Shown here one piece after another: positions 9,450 through 20,100 of a stretch of DNA of 64,000 nt (positions are counted from its first letter, which is position 1; each line of letters opens with the position of its first letter). The notes under the pieces are model-generated. The model saw only the letters and a program-made list of their open reading frames with translations, was not told the DNA's origin and did not search any database. Origin of the DNA: a virus; the IMG/VR virus record IMGVR_UViG_3300032240_002285, positions 35,746 to 99,745 of that record. One strand, written 5' to 3'. Made by a program: the position numbers and the translations under genes.

Positions 9450-10966
9450 AATATATTACCCTCTGGTGAAATCTTAACTTGTCCACCTTTGTTTTCAAAT
9501 ACTAAATTTTTCTTATTTGTAATTCCTACAAATTTAGAGTTAGAGTTTTCTTGTAAAAATTTCTTAGCAGCCATTTCTTGTTCGAATGTCTCAGTCATTG
9601 TTACAACTGTTTCCATAACTTTTTTAACTTGTAAGTTTTTTTGAGCTTTCTTTTCTTTGCTTTCTAAAATTTCTTTTTTTGAAGTTTCAAAATATTTTGA
9701 AATTACTTTGTCTACTTTAGATTCTCCGAATATACTATCTAAAATTGCCCCATTGTCAGATTTTTTAGCAGTTCTAACTTTGAATGGTTTACCATGTTTT
9801 TCTTTATACATGTTAAAGATTTTATTACCTAATTCCCCTTTACCAAACCATCCATGTTTTCCACCATATTTTTTTTCAAGTGATGGAAAATCTTCAAATT
9901 CTTCTTCATCATAATCAGAAAAAACATCTCCATGACTTTGAGCGTCTACGTCATCAAACCAACCATGTTCATCATCAAATGAACCAATCATTTTTGGTTT
10001 ACGAGTTGGTACGTGCCAGTTAGAGCCTTTCCCAAAGTTTCCTTCTTTTTCAGAATCAGACATATCAGATTCATCATCAGCAGCATTGAAGTAAAAATCT
10101 TCATCTACTTCACCTTCTACAGGTAAATCCATATCTGCTTGGATATCTTCTACTTCACTGTCGTCAGTTAAGTCTTCTCCACCCATGTCGTCACCACCTA
10201 AATCAACGCTATCTTTGTCAAATTTGTTTACGATATCTTCCTTATCTTCTTCTGATAATTCTTTTAAGTTTAATGAAGATAACACCATGTTAATAACATA
10301 CTTGATGTCTTCAGAAGTCATTCCTTCATTGTTATCCAGAACTCTAATTTTTTGTGTAAGTTTTCCAGTTAATTTTTGAATAGTTTTAAATGTAACTTGT
10401 TCGTCATCGTCTTCTTTCTCAGTTGCATCAATGTCAACATCTACATCAACATCATCCACCTCAGGTGCCAACTCGTCACCCATACCCATTTCATCTCCCA
10501 TTGGTGATGCAGGCAATTCAGGTGATGGTACTGCTGGAGGTGCTGCAGGTAATTCAGCAGCTGGTGCTGGTGCTTCAACCGCTGGCTTTGGAGTTTTTAA
10601 TGTAAATTTCTTTTGTTCACCATATAATGAAACACCTTCTTCATTTTCATTAATCCTATTCAATTCTCCTGCAACTAAATTTAATCTTTTTAATGCTTGA
10701 GAGTATGAAGAATAGTATTTTCTATTTTTCATTGGTTCAATGTAATCTGTCTCAGATTCAGAAATAGTTTTCTTGATGATATATCCTTGTCTTTCTCTAA
10801 CAATTTGATAGTTGTTACCATCAGCCAAAGAAACTGAAAACTCAGACTTTGAAGTTTCATTAATAGGTTGTGGAAGAGTTTCGTTGAAACGAGCGATTTC
10901 CATGATTCTATTTATCTTATCTTGGCCCTGTAACTTTTCACTTCCAATTGGTTTTAAATTTGCCAT
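9446..10966 (-). CDS. Hypothetical acidic protein (possible internal head protein)
   Basis: 506 aa; Pro/Ala and D/E-rich tracts; multiple I-x-E sites. Confidence 0.6.
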   Translation of the reverse strand: MANLKPIGSEKLQGQDKINRIMEIARFNETLPQPINETSKSEFSVSLADGNNYQIVRERQGYIIKKTISESETDYIEPMKNRKYYSSYSQALKRLNLVAGELNRINENEEGVSLYGEQKKFTLKTPKPAVEAPAPAAELPAAPPAVPSPELPASPMGDEMGMGDELAPEVDDVDVDVDIDATEKEDDDEQVTFKTIQKLTGKLTQKIRVLDNNEGMTSEDIKYVINMVLSSLNLKELSEEDKEDIVNKFDKDSVDLGGDDMGGEDLTDDSEVEDIQADMDLPVEGEVDEDFYFNAADDESDMSDSEKEGNFGKGSNWHVPTRKPKMIGSFDDEHGWFDDVDAQSHGDVFSDYDEEEFEDFPSLEKKYGGKHGWFGKGELGNKIFNMYKEKHGKPFKVRTAKKSDNGAILDSIFGESKVDKVISKYFETSKKEILESKEKKAQKNLQVKKVMETVVTMTETFEQEMAAKKFLQENSNSKFVGITNKKNLVFENKGGQVKISPEGNIL

Positions 10967-10988
10967 ATCTTGTATTATTTATTTGTTT

Positions 10989-11774
10989 TTAATTGTTTAA
11001 TCCGTTGAATCCACCTAAGGCAACCGCATTTAATTGTATTAATTCTTGTGTACCGTCATTATTGGTATATACAGGGTAAGGTACTGTATTCATTGGTGGG
11101 GCTACATATGTTCCACCACTAAAACTACCTAACATATCAATTGTATATTGATATTGTGGATTCACACCTAATGGTTGATTTTGTAATAATGCATAATTGG
11201 CTGCAATTTCTTGTGCGGTTAATGCACCTCTATACAAATTTAAAGTATTAATTTGTCCATTAAATGCTCCTTCGTAGTTAGCAACTGAAAAAATTGTATT
11301 AGCAGAAATTATACAAGTTTTTGCACTAGTTGCATCTAATACACCATTTATATAAATTTTTGAGGTTGTACCATCGTTTGTTGCAACAAGGTAAACCCAT
11401 CCTGTATCATTTGCAGGAGTATTTGAAAACATTGATTGTCCTGCGGCAGTTTCCCATCTTACATCACCATCACGTAATTGTAGATTTAAATAATTTCCTC
11501 CTCCATTATATGAAAAAATTCCTTGTACTCCTGTAACACTATTGAATTTAAAATAAGTCTCAAGAGTGGCACCTGTAACACCACCTGTTCTAAAATTAGT
11601 TAATACTGTTGCTGATGTACCAGAACTTGTACTTCCGTTGAAGCTTAACTCAGGAATTGGATATTGATTTTGTGTTACATTTGATAATGTAATATTATAA
11701 CCATTACCAGATTCATCGTTCCACGTACTTGAAGTAGCATCTGACGCATTAAGCTTAAGTATAATCGTTGCCAT
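10989..11774 (-). CDS. LamG/concanavalin A-like domain protein
   Basis: WNDESGNG..., WVYLVATNDG..KIYINGVL, FNGQI..LNLYRGALTAQEIAANY. Confidence 0.85.
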   Translation of the reverse strand: MATIILKLNASDATSSTWNDESGNGYNITLSNVTQNQYPIPELSFNGSTSSGTSATVLTNFRTGGVTGATLETYFKFNSVTGVQGIFSYNGGGNYLNLQLRDGDVRWETAAGQSMFSNTPANDTGWVYLVATNDGTTSKIYINGVLDATSAKTCIISANTIFSVANYEGAFNGQINTLNLYRGALTAQEIAANYALLQNQPLGVNPQYQYTIDMLGSFSGGTYVAPPMNTVPYPVYTNNDGTQELIQLNAVALGGFNGLNN

Positions 11775-11818
11775 CTATTTTTTTCTTTATAAATATATGA
11801 TTAGTAGGAATAATTTAA

Positions 11819-12544
11819 TTATTCAGTTATAGTTCTTTCAATTGAAAGTTCTTTATCTACCTCTTTGTTTGCGGTATCAAATAATTTTTGAATGTGTCCT
11901 GACCTTCTTAGGAATTTAAAAACTAAATTTTCATAAGATAATTCACCATCAGTTTCTAATCCAGACTTCCTATAATCTTTTAATTTAGTTTTGATTTTTT
12001 CTAAATCTTTTTCCTCTTCAATTGCCGAATCAATTTTTTCAGTCCAATTTTTTATCTTTTTTTCCAATATTTTTTTGTCAACATTGTTCTTGAATTTTTC
12101 GGGTTCACTAACCCATTCGTTATTCATTACTGAATAAACTCCTGAACTATAGTGTTCTTCTTCAACATCTTGGGCATACAATTCAACATCATATCCATAA
12201 ATTCTAATATTATGTTTGTCGTTGAATACTTGTTTTTTTAAATTGAACAACTCTTTATATAACTCCGCATCATTTTCATATTGTTGTAAATCAACAAGAA
12301 CATGTAAATCAAAATCAGAAAACTCCGACCAATTATAATTTGCCAAAGAACCAGTCAAAACAATATCCTCAACGAAAACGTCTTCACCCAAATATTCTAT
12401 AAATTTTTCCGCAATGCGTAAAAGAGTTTCCCTAACCTTGGGTATCATGACCGCTTTATCAGGGTTTTCAGGATTTTCCCATACTTTTGGATTTAAAGTT
12501 TCTTTAACAGAAAAACTATCAAGAATTTTTTGGAAATTACTCAT
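11819..12544 (-). CDS. Pol-beta superfamily nucleotidyltransferase
   Basis: LTGSLANYNWSEFSDFDLHV (GS...DxD) plus a third acid in DVELY. Confidence 0.8.
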   Translation of the reverse strand: MSNFQKILDSFSVKETLNPKVWENPENPDKAVMIPKVRETLLRIAEKFIEYLGEDVFVEDIVLTGSLANYNWSEFSDFDLHVLVDLQQYENDAELYKELFNLKKQVFNDKHNIRIYGYDVELYAQDVEEEHYSSGVYSVMNNEWVSEPEKFKNNVDKKILEKKIKNWTEKIDSAIEEEKDLEKIKTKLKDYRKSGLETDGELSYENLVFKFLRRSGHIQKLFDTANKEVDKELSIERTITE

Positions 12545-12565
12545 ACATTATAAATAGTACAAATA

Positions 12566-12808
12566 CTATACTTTTTTGTATGAATATTTTTTTGATATTT
12601 CTGCAATGAAGAATTTACCTTGTGATTCGGCCTTTCTGAATTGTGTGTAGACATTATGAGGTACGTCACTGTACTCATATTTTAATCCATTATTGAACTC
12701 AGTAACTAACTTTTTTGTTTCAACGTCGTACTCTGTTCTCTTAATGTTTGACGATTTAATTTCATTCAAAATCTTCGTCCCCTTGATTTCCTCCTTCGTG
12801 ATACCCAT
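12566..12808 (-). CDS. KTSC domain protein
   Basis: SSNIKRTEYD..L..EFNNG..YEYSDVP..VY..F..AESQGKFF. Confidence 0.9.
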   Translation of the reverse strand: MGITKEEIKGTKILNEIKSSNIKRTEYDVETKKLVTEFNNGLKYEYSDVPHNVYTQFRKAESQGKFFIAEISKKYSYKKV

Positions 12809-13100
12809 TTTCGCTTAGTGGTGTTAACTCGTTAATTTTTTGTAGTAGTGGTTTAATATACTCTTGTAATTCCGCTCTACTAACTTCAAAACCATAAGCA
12901 TTAACTTGATTTAATAAAGCGTTCATGGAACTTTGAAATCTTTTTTGTAACATAAACATTCCATTAGTATATGTTGGTGGGTCAACTAAATTGGCTTCAC
13001 TAAATCCTATTTCTTGAAAATGTTTTCTTAACTCAAGATAAATCTCGAGTAATTCTTTTGTTCCCAAACTATCGTTTAAAAATTTTTCAAATGGTTTCAT
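12762..13100 (-). CDS. Hypothetical protein
   Basis: 112 aa, late motif upstream. Confidence 0.55.
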   Translation of the reverse strand: MKPFEKFLNDSLGTKELLEIYLELRKHFQEIGFSEANLVDPPTYTNGMFMLQKRFQSSMNALLNQVNAYGFEVSRAELQEYIKPLLQKINELTPLSENGYHEGGNQGDEDFE

Positions 13101-13112
13101 GAATATAAATAC

Positions 13113-13137
13113 AAAACCCCCACCAAATGGTGAGGGT
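13113..13137 (-). terminator. Intrinsic terminator, copy 1 of a 25 bp direct repeat
   Basis: AAAACCCCCACCAAATGGTGAGGGT hairpin, U-tract on the minus strand. Confidence 0.75.
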
Positions 13138-13152
13138 TATACTTTTAACTTA

Positions 13153-13749
13153 TTACTTTTTTTGTTTTATTTCGTTTAGTATATTCACAGGGATAATTGT
13201 TCCTACTGAATACGTTGACCCTTCAGGCGCTTGTGTTACTGATGTTTCACCAGATTTAACACTGACCGCTCTACGTAATGGAATTGCCGCTTCGTTAAGT
13301 GGACCATAACATTCAGCTAGTTCAGTACCATTAACTGATTTAATAACCTTACACGGCATACAGAACATATTGCTCATTTGAGTTGTTGGTTCGTCACCAA
13401 TTACAAATGTACGACTTACTGTAGGTGAAGTTTCCCAAGTTGGAGCTTGTGGTACTTCATCATAATACCAAAAGAATGACCATACAGTATTTTCTGTACC
13501 ATCAGGTGATTCAGATGGGTTCGGAACCAATTTAAGATTTGCAATTGATGGTCCATTCATTACAGGGCATATAGAACGCCCTTCTTGGAATTTCTTACCT
13601 TGTACTGTAATCATCTTACCTGTAGGAACCGCGCCTGAAGCTCCACAAAATGCAAACTTACCTTTATAAATGTTCAATGCCTTTTCAATTTTTTTTTCAC
13701 GTTTGTTAAGACCCAAAAAAGTTAAAATGTTTGATAATATTTTTTTCAT
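13153..13749 (-). CDS. Cys-containing hypothetical protein
   Basis: 198 aa, flanked by identical terminators. Confidence 0.6.
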   Translation of the reverse strand: MKKILSNILTFLGLNKREKKIEKALNIYKGKFAFCGASGAVPTGKMITVQGKKFQEGRSICPVMNGPSIANLKLVPNPSESPDGTENTVWSFFWYYDEVPQAPTWETSPTVSRTFVIGDEPTTQMSNMFCMPCKVIKSVNGTELAECYGPLNEAAIPLRRAVSVKSGETSVTQAPEGSTYSVGTIIPVNILNEIKQKK

Positions 13750-13782
13750 AATTTTGTTTTATTATAAATATCTTTGTAATTA

Positions 13783-13807
13783 AAAACCCCCACCAAATGG
13801 TGAGGGT
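13783..13807 (-). terminator. Intrinsic terminator, copy 2 of the 25 bp direct repeat
   Basis: Identical to 13113-13137. Confidence 0.75.
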
Positions 13808-13814
13808 CTGTAAA

Positions 13815-14195
13815 TTACTTTAGTTTTCTTAATTGGTCTCTGATTTCAATAGACCTTTCAAAATTCTGTTCTTGTATTGATTGTTTTAATTCTTGTTCAA
13901 GTTTTTCAATTGTTTCTTGATTAGTTTCTAAATTTTTGATTTTATCTCTAAGAGAAACCGCTAATTCAAAATTTTCATTTTCAATTGCATTTTCAAGTTG
14001 TGATTTTAGTTTTTCAATACTGCCGTTTGAGTTAGTGTCTGAAGGTTTGTTACTCCAGTAGTGAGTTGTGATTTTAGTTGTTCCGTCAGGGGATGTTCTG
14101 GTTTGACTTTTCCATTCACCAGGAACATTAAATTGTTCAAACATTTCATCAAATATTCTGAACATGTCATTGTAGTTTCTTCTGTTTCCAAACAT
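13815..14195 (-). CDS. Tandem UVR (UvrB/C-motif) protein, candidate ClpC adaptor
   Basis: LENAIENENFELAVSLRDKI and LKQSIQEQNFERSIEIRDQL; divergent from clpC. Confidence 0.8.
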   Translation of the reverse strand: MFGNRRNYNDMFRIFDEMFEQFNVPGEWKSQTRTSPDGTTKITTHYWSNKPSDTNSNGSIEKLKSQLENAIENENFELAVSLRDKIKNLETNQETIEKLEQELKQSIQEQNFERSIEIRDQLRKLK

Positions 14196-14406
14196 AATAT
14201 TAATTTTTTAATTTAAGATTTATTATTTATCTTTGTCTTATCAAAAATAGTACCAACCAAGGTTTTATCTTATATAATTATAGAAATAATTTACAACCTG
14301 TCAATATGTCAGTATATTTTTATTTAATAAAAAAAAGTATGACAATTTGACAAAATGTTTGGCAAAGTACGAAATTTGTTAGACCTTTGTTAAAACTTAT
14401 AAGAAT

Positions 14407-16422
14407 ATGAACGACTTAATGGACGACGACGACAAAATGATGAGCAAAAAGCAAAAAGCATCCACCGAAAGCAGTACACCTGTTTTGGACAACTTTAGCC
14501 GCGACTTAAATAAACTTGCAACTGAAGGTAAACTTGACCCTGTAATTGGTCGTGAAAAAGAAATTTTGAGAATCGCTCAAATCTTATCTCGTAGAAAGAA
14601 AAATAACCCTATCATCATCGGAGAACCTGGTTGTGGTAAAACCGCTCTGGTTGAAGGTTTGGCAATCAAAATTGTTAACGGGGAGTGTCCTCGTAATTTA
14701 CTTGACAAACGAATTGTTAACTTAGACTTAACTTCAGTTGTTGCAGGTACAAAGTACCGTGGACAATTTGAGGAGAGAATGAAAGTTATAATTGAAGAAC
14801 TTCAAGCGAATCCTAACATAATTGTGTTTATTGATGAGATTCATACTTTGGTTGGCTCAGGTAACTCCTCAGGTTCTATGGATGGTTCAAACATCTTCAA
14901 ACCAGCTTTATCTCGTGGAGAACTTCAATGTATTGGAGCAACTACATTAGATGAGTTCCGTAAGAACATTGAAAAGGATGGAGCGTTAGAACGTAGATTC
15001 CAAAAAGTAATTGTAGATGCATCTACAGTAGTGGAGACAATTCAAATTTTGAAAAACGTTCGTGACAAGTATGAAGATTTTCACAAGGTATCTTATAGTG
15101 ATGAGGTTATTGAAACTTGTGTAAAACTTGCTGACCGTTACATTACTGACCGTGAGTTTCCTGATAAAGCATTTGATATCTTGGATGAGGTTGGGGCTAG
15201 AATGCAGACTGAGTTAAAAGTTCCTGAGGCTATTGAAGAACTTAAACGTCAGGCAGCAGACATCAAGACTCAAAAATTAGATGTGGTTAAGAAACAAAAC
15301 TACGAACAAGCAGCAGAACTTAGAGATAAGGAAAAGAAGTTGTTGATTAAACTTGAAACTGAGAAGGCTAAGTTTGAAGAAAGAATGTCTAAAGACAAAC
15401 AAAAGATTACACTTGAGAGTGTTTATGATGTTGTGTCTAATATGACTAAGATTCCTGTCAACAAGATGAATGCGGATGACTCCAAAGCTCTAATGAACTT
15501 GGACAAAGAATTAATGGGTAAAGTAATTGGTCAAGACGCGGCTGTCGTTAAGATTGCTAAATCTATCAAACGTAATCGTCTTGGTATCAACAACCCTAAT
15601 CGTCCTATCGGGTCATTTGTGTTCTTAGGTTCAACAGGTGTTGGTAAGACTCACTTAGCTAAGGAATTGGCGAAAGAAATGTTTGGTAGTGAAGACTCAT
15701 TAATCCGTGTGGATATGTCAGAGTACCAAGAAAAACATACAGTATCCAAATTGGTCGGAGCGCCTCCAGGCTACGTTGGTTATGAAGAAGGCGGATTGTT
15801 GACTGAGAAAGTTAAGAACAAACCATATTCGGTTATCTTATTTGATGAGGTTGAAAAAGCACACAAAGACGTGTTCACAATCTTACTTCAAATTATGGAT
15901 GACGGTCACGTAACAGATAGTTTAGGTAGAAAGATTAACTTCAAGAATACCTTAATTATCCTAACTTCAAACTTAGGTGTTAAGAAGCTACAAGACTTTG
16001 GTACTGGTATCGGGTTTTCAAGCTCCACTTATGGTGAAGAAGAAATGAAGAAAGAAATCTTAATGAAAGAAATGAAAAATTTCTTCTCACCTGAATTTAT
16101 CAACCGTATTGACGATACGATTGTATTCAACTCTTTAACAAACGACGATATTAAAAAAATCACCGAAATTGAACTTAAGAAGTTGGTTTCCCGTTTAGAA
16201 GAAATGAAATACAAAATCTCTTACGATGAGACTTTAGTTGATTACTTATCTAAAGTTGGTTATGATGAATTATACGGAGCACGACCATTGAAGAGAGCTA
16301 TTCAAGACAAAGTTGAAGACTTGTTATCTGATGAAGTATTAACAGGTAAGATTGTTGAAGGTAAGACTTATGTCCTGAAAGTGGTTGACGAAAATGTAGT
16401 TATTCAGAAAAAAGGTAGGTAG
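14407..16422 (+). CDS. clpC: ClpC-type AAA+ ATPase lacking the N-terminal Clp repeat domain
   Basis: GEPGCGKT/FIDEIH (AAA1), UVR M-domain YEQAAELRD, GSTGVGKT/LFDEVEK (AAA2), GIGF ClpP-docking loop, GARPLKR. Confidence 0.93.
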   Translation: MNDLMDDDDKMMSKKQKASTESSTPVLDNFSRDLNKLATEGKLDPVIGREKEILRIAQILSRRKKNNPIIIGEPGCGKTALVEGLAIKIVNGECPRNLLDKRIVNLDLTSVVAGTKYRGQFEERMKVIIEELQANPNIIVFIDEIHTLVGSGNSSGSMDGSNIFKPALSRGELQCIGATTLDEFRKNIEKDGALERRFQKVIVDASTVVETIQILKNVRDKYEDFHKVSYSDEVIETCVKLADRYITDREFPDKAFDILDEVGARMQTELKVPEAIEELKRQAADIKTQKLDVVKKQNYEQAAELRDKEKKLLIKLETEKAKFEERMSKDKQKITLESVYDVVSNMTKIPVNKMNADDSKALMNLDKELMGKVIGQDAAVVKIAKSIKRNRLGINNPNRPIGSFVFLGSTGVGKTHLAKELAKEMFGSEDSLIRVDMSEYQEKHTVSKLVGAPPGYVGYEEGGLLTEKVKNKPYSVILFDEVEKAHKDVFTILLQIMDDGHVTDSLGRKINFKNTLIILTSNLGVKKLQDFGTGIGFSSSTYGEEEMKKEILMKEMKNFFSPEFINRIDDTIVFNSLTNDDIKKITEIELKKLVSRLEEMKYKISYDETLVDYLSKVGYDELYGARPLKRAIQDKVEDLLSDEVLTGKIVEGKTYVLKVVDENVVIQKKGR

Positions 16423-16470
16423 TAATAAAAGGGAGGAATTTATTTCTCCCTTTTTTTATATTTATCTATA

Positions 16471-17124
16471 ATGATAAATTTAATTCGTAAAATTTTATTG
16501 GAAGAAACTAAAGATGAATCTAACTTTGATAGATTACTCAATAAATTCAAAAAAAATTTCCCCGATGAATTAAAATCTAAGGCAGATGCCATCAAAAACT
16601 TTGTAGTTAATTACGTTAAAGAAAAAGGGTATACTATTAAATTTTTAAATTCTTGTAGTACAGGTTTTAGTGGTGTCAGAACAAAAAATCAAATTATTAT
16701 TTGCTCACCAGCAAATATGCATACCATAGGTGATTTTCTTTACACTATTTTTCATGAAATAAGACATGAACAACAACTAACTGAATTCAAAGAAAAAAAT
16801 CCTTTAACAGATTATGATTTAGAGGATTTTGAAACTCTATACAAACAATATTGGGATATGGAATTGGATGCTGATAAGTTTGGTAAAGAAATGATTGCAA
16901 AACTTGTAATGGCTTTAGATATACCATTAGATTTTGCAAAACAACAATTTAATTTGTCACTATACATAAAACAATACCCCTTTATGTCAGAAGTAATCAA
17001 GCGTAATATCAAAACAATTATTGAACAAATTAAAGAACTAAAAAATGCTGGAATAGAATTCACAGATATTCAAGACCATCCAATCGTAAAACGTCATTTG
17101 GATAAGTTAGAAAACTTTTTATAA
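16471..17124 (+). CDS. Putative zincin-like metalloprotein
   Basis: FHEIRHEQQ (HExxH) with downstream ELDA. Confidence 0.55.
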   Translation: MINLIRKILLEETKDESNFDRLLNKFKKNFPDELKSKADAIKNFVVNYVKEKGYTIKFLNSCSTGFSGVRTKNQIIICSPANMHTIGDFLYTIFHEIRHEQQLTEFKEKNPLTDYDLEDFETLYKQYWDMELDADKFGKEMIAKLVMALDIPLDFAKQQFNLSLYIKQYPFMSEVIKRNIKTIIEQIKELKNAGIEFTDIQDHPIVKRHLDKLENFL

Positions 17125-17173
17125 TATAAATTTTCTTTATTTATAACTCATCGGTATTTATTGTTAAAATTCA

Positions 17174-19189
17174 ATGCCAAATCTTGTCGCCTACAATTCT
17201 GGAAGTCCAATATCAAATGCAATTCAATTTGGAACAATCGTAATGGATGTTAACGGAGATGTACCAAAAGGTTCTCTATTATGGTGTCCTGATTTTGGTA
17301 TTTGTAACCAATACATAATTATTACTGATAGTTATACCAACGGAAAAACAAACCAAGCGAACTCAAGACCTATGGGGTTCAAAACTCCAACTCTAACAAC
17401 TAATGATTTAATTGAAGCGATTAATAAATTAGCAGCATCAAAATTTGCAGGTCCTTTTCTATCATTAGAAGAGGCAATCAATTGGGCCATATATCAAGGA
17501 TATTTTATTACTAATCAAGAATATCCTTCAATTGTCACAAATGGTTGTGTTTTAAATTTAGATTCAAATTTTCCTCCATCATATCCTTTAGTTTTTGATA
17601 CATGGTATGACTTGACAGGAAATAACAATTTTGGTTTATTAAATAATGGGGTATTGTACGATGGCCCACTTAGAGGAAGTTTATTATTTAACGGCACTAA
17701 TCAATATGTTTCATTCAGTGCAACAACAAATATTCCTGTAGGAAACTCAGACTATACAATTAGTGCATGGTTCAATCCAGCATCTTTAGGAACTAAAGGT
17801 ATTGTGGGATGGGGTAATTATGGAACAACTAATGCGGTCAATGCCCTAAGACTTTCATCGTCAGGAATTGTAAATTATTGGCAATCAAATGATTTGTCAG
17901 CATCATATTCTTTTACTACGAATAATTGGTATAATGCTGTTGCAACATTTGATGGAACAACAAGGTCTATTTGGGTTAATGGGTCTTTAATTGGTTCAGA
18001 TACTCCGTTAGGGCATAACGTTCCAAATTCTACAAATCTTACTGTGGGTGTAACAAACACAACAGAATATTTTGCAGGTAATATGGGAGAAGTTCAAATT
18101 TTTAATAGAGCGTTAAGTTCTACTGAAATTACTCAAAATTATAATGCGTTACTACCAAGATATAATGGAACATATACGGACCCTTGTAACGGTGCACCAC
18201 AGTGTACACCTACACCAACAGGTACACAAGTATTAACACCTTCACAAACTGTCACGCCAACAGTCACTGCAACACAAACTTATACTCCAACAATTACACC
18301 AATGCCTACAGGTACACCTTTCCCAACTTTACCTAATTATCAAAGAGAATGTACTATTTCTTTACCAGCTTGTAGAGCATCAGACCCTGCGTTTGTCAAT
18401 CTTTACGAAAGCAATTATGATGGTTATAGTAATATATTAAATTGGTTGAATATTGGAAATACTCAAAATAATTACCCTTATAATATTAATAGTGAAATAG
18501 TCATTCAAAAAATATACAATAATATTGGTCAAGATATCACAATATATAACGGGTCAGGTAATGTAGAGTTAGATTTAAGTTATTACACACTTACCCAAGG
18601 AGCTCAATATTTTGTATTGTATGACGTTTATTGTAAGCCTTGTAGTTGTAATTCAGTAGCTGTTTTAACTAACCAAGTCGGCCAGTTTTCTATTTTATTT
18701 AAAGGAATTGGAAATCCTACTTCTTCACCTGTTAACTATAGTACAAGTACAGGTGGCCAAGATGCATGTTATCCTTTCAATCAATCATTATTTATATATT
18801 ATGATATTGCACAAACTAACGTCGGTTTAGGTGCTCCATTGGTTGTGGGGTCTACAATTTATTTAGATAGTGCGCGTACAACCACAGCTCCAGCGGGAGC
18901 TTATGTTATGAGAAACAATAACAAATATATTGTGAATTCAAGTGGTGTTGTAACATCGATTGAAACAAATGTTTGTACAAACCCACCAACATTCTCACTA
19001 AAATTTAGTAAACCGACATTTACATTTAAAGTGGGAACCTCAGTGTGTACTTTCAATGTGGGAGATTCTTATATAATCTATAATCCTAATTGTTCTTCAA
19101 GTCAAATAAGAGGTACGGTACAAAGTAAAAGTGGTGCACCTGGTGACATAACATTGACATTAATAAATTGGACCGCTTATTGTGGTTAA
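17174..19189 (+). CDS. LamG domain + PT-repeat protein (probable virion surface protein)
   Basis: WYDLTGNNN, WYNAVATFDG, IFNRALSSTEITQNY; TPTPT linker; Cys-rich C-terminus. Confidence 0.75.
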   Translation: MPNLVAYNSGSPISNAIQFGTIVMDVNGDVPKGSLLWCPDFGICNQYIIITDSYTNGKTNQANSRPMGFKTPTLTTNDLIEAINKLAASKFAGPFLSLEEAINWAIYQGYFITNQEYPSIVTNGCVLNLDSNFPPSYPLVFDTWYDLTGNNNFGLLNNGVLYDGPLRGSLLFNGTNQYVSFSATTNIPVGNSDYTISAWFNPASLGTKGIVGWGNYGTTNAVNALRLSSSGIVNYWQSNDLSASYSFTTNNWYNAVATFDGTTRSIWVNGSLIGSDTPLGHNVPNSTNLTVGVTNTTEYFAGNMGEVQIFNRALSSTEITQNYNALLPRYNGTYTDPCNGAPQCTPTPTGTQVLTPSQTVTPTVTATQTYTPTITPMPTGTPFPTLPNYQRECTISLPACRASDPAFVNLYESNYDGYSNILNWLNIGNTQNNYPYNINSEIVIQKIYNNIGQDITIYNGSGNVELDLSYYTLTQGAQYFVLYDVYCKPCSCNSVAVLTNQVGQFSILFKGIGNPTSSPVNYSTSTGGQDACYPFNQSLFIYYDIAQTNVGLGAPLVVGSTIYLDSARTTTAPAGAYVMRNNNKYIVNSSGVVTSIETNVCTNPPTFSLKFSKPTFTFKVGTSVCTFNVGDSYIIYNPNCSSSQIRGTVQSKSGAPGDITLTLINWTAYCG

Positions 19190-19218
19190 AAAAAAATAAA
19201 ATGGTAATTTAATTTTTT

Positions 19219-20061
19219 CTACAGTATACTTCTTGTTCTCCAATCGTATGGGACTGATTTTTTGTAGTGTAATTTATTACCAAGTTCATTAATTATTTTC
19301 CGACCCATATCAATCCCATTAAACACGTCATCTATAATTACGTATTCGTTTTTAGTATGGTAGTTGTAGTATCCAATTGAGAAGTTGATACATGAAAAAT
19401 CAAATTTACCTCTTAATGCATAAACATCGGTATATGGATGAACCATATATTTCATATTTTCATTAATCATTCCTTCAGTTAAAACTTTATTACAAGCTTG
19501 AAAAAATTTAGAATCTCTATCAAATAGAATTTGTCCAAAACATTTTTCTGTAATCATCCAGTTTTCAGGAGCATCAAATTGAATTGCGTACCCAACATTT
19601 TGAAAGAATTCTTTATCTGCCTTCATGGAACCAATACAACCTAATTCCTCTGATACAAAGAATGCCGCTTTCAAATTAGGTAATTCTTGTAATAGGGTTA
19701 AACAAGCAAATACTCCGCATTTATCATCACCACCAATGCCTGTTGGTTCTCCTTCATCGTTGTATGCTTTATACGCTAACTTAAGTTGATTTTGAGTATT
19801 ACGTAAATTTTCTTCACGAATATTAATTGTATCAATACCATGAACAGTGTCAGTATGAGCGACTACGCATGGAAAGTAAAAATCTTCAGGTAAAGTTTCG
19901 GATTCTTGTTTGGTGGCGTACACATTCTTGTGTTCGTCAACATAATATGGTATGTTGTTTTCGGTTAACCATTTTTCTAAAAAGGCGACCATTCGTTCTT
20001 CATGATATGTAACCGTAGGTACGCTCAGAACTTCTTTTAATAAATCTAGGTTTTGTGTCAT
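19219..20061 (-). CDS. M20/M28/M42-clan metallopeptidase
   Basis: AHTDTVH, GGDDKCG, SEELGCIGS, YHT; likely start MTQNL just after a TATATTTG promoter. Confidence 0.8.
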   Translation of the reverse strand: MTQNLDLLKEVLSVPTVTYHEERMVAFLEKWLTENNIPYYVDEHKNVYATKQESETLPEDFYFPCVVAHTDTVHGIDTINIREENLRNTQNQLKLAYKAYNDEGEPTGIGGDDKCGVFACLTLLQELPNLKAAFFVSEELGCIGSMKADKEFFQNVGYAIQFDAPENWMITEKCFGQILFDRDSKFFQACNKVLTEGMINENMKYMVHPYTDVYALRGKFDFSCINFSIGYYNYHTKNEYVIIDDVFNGIDMGRKIINELGNKLHYKKSVPYDWRTRSIL

Positions 20062-20100
20062 AGGACAAATATACAAAATTATTTGTATTTGTCCAAATTA

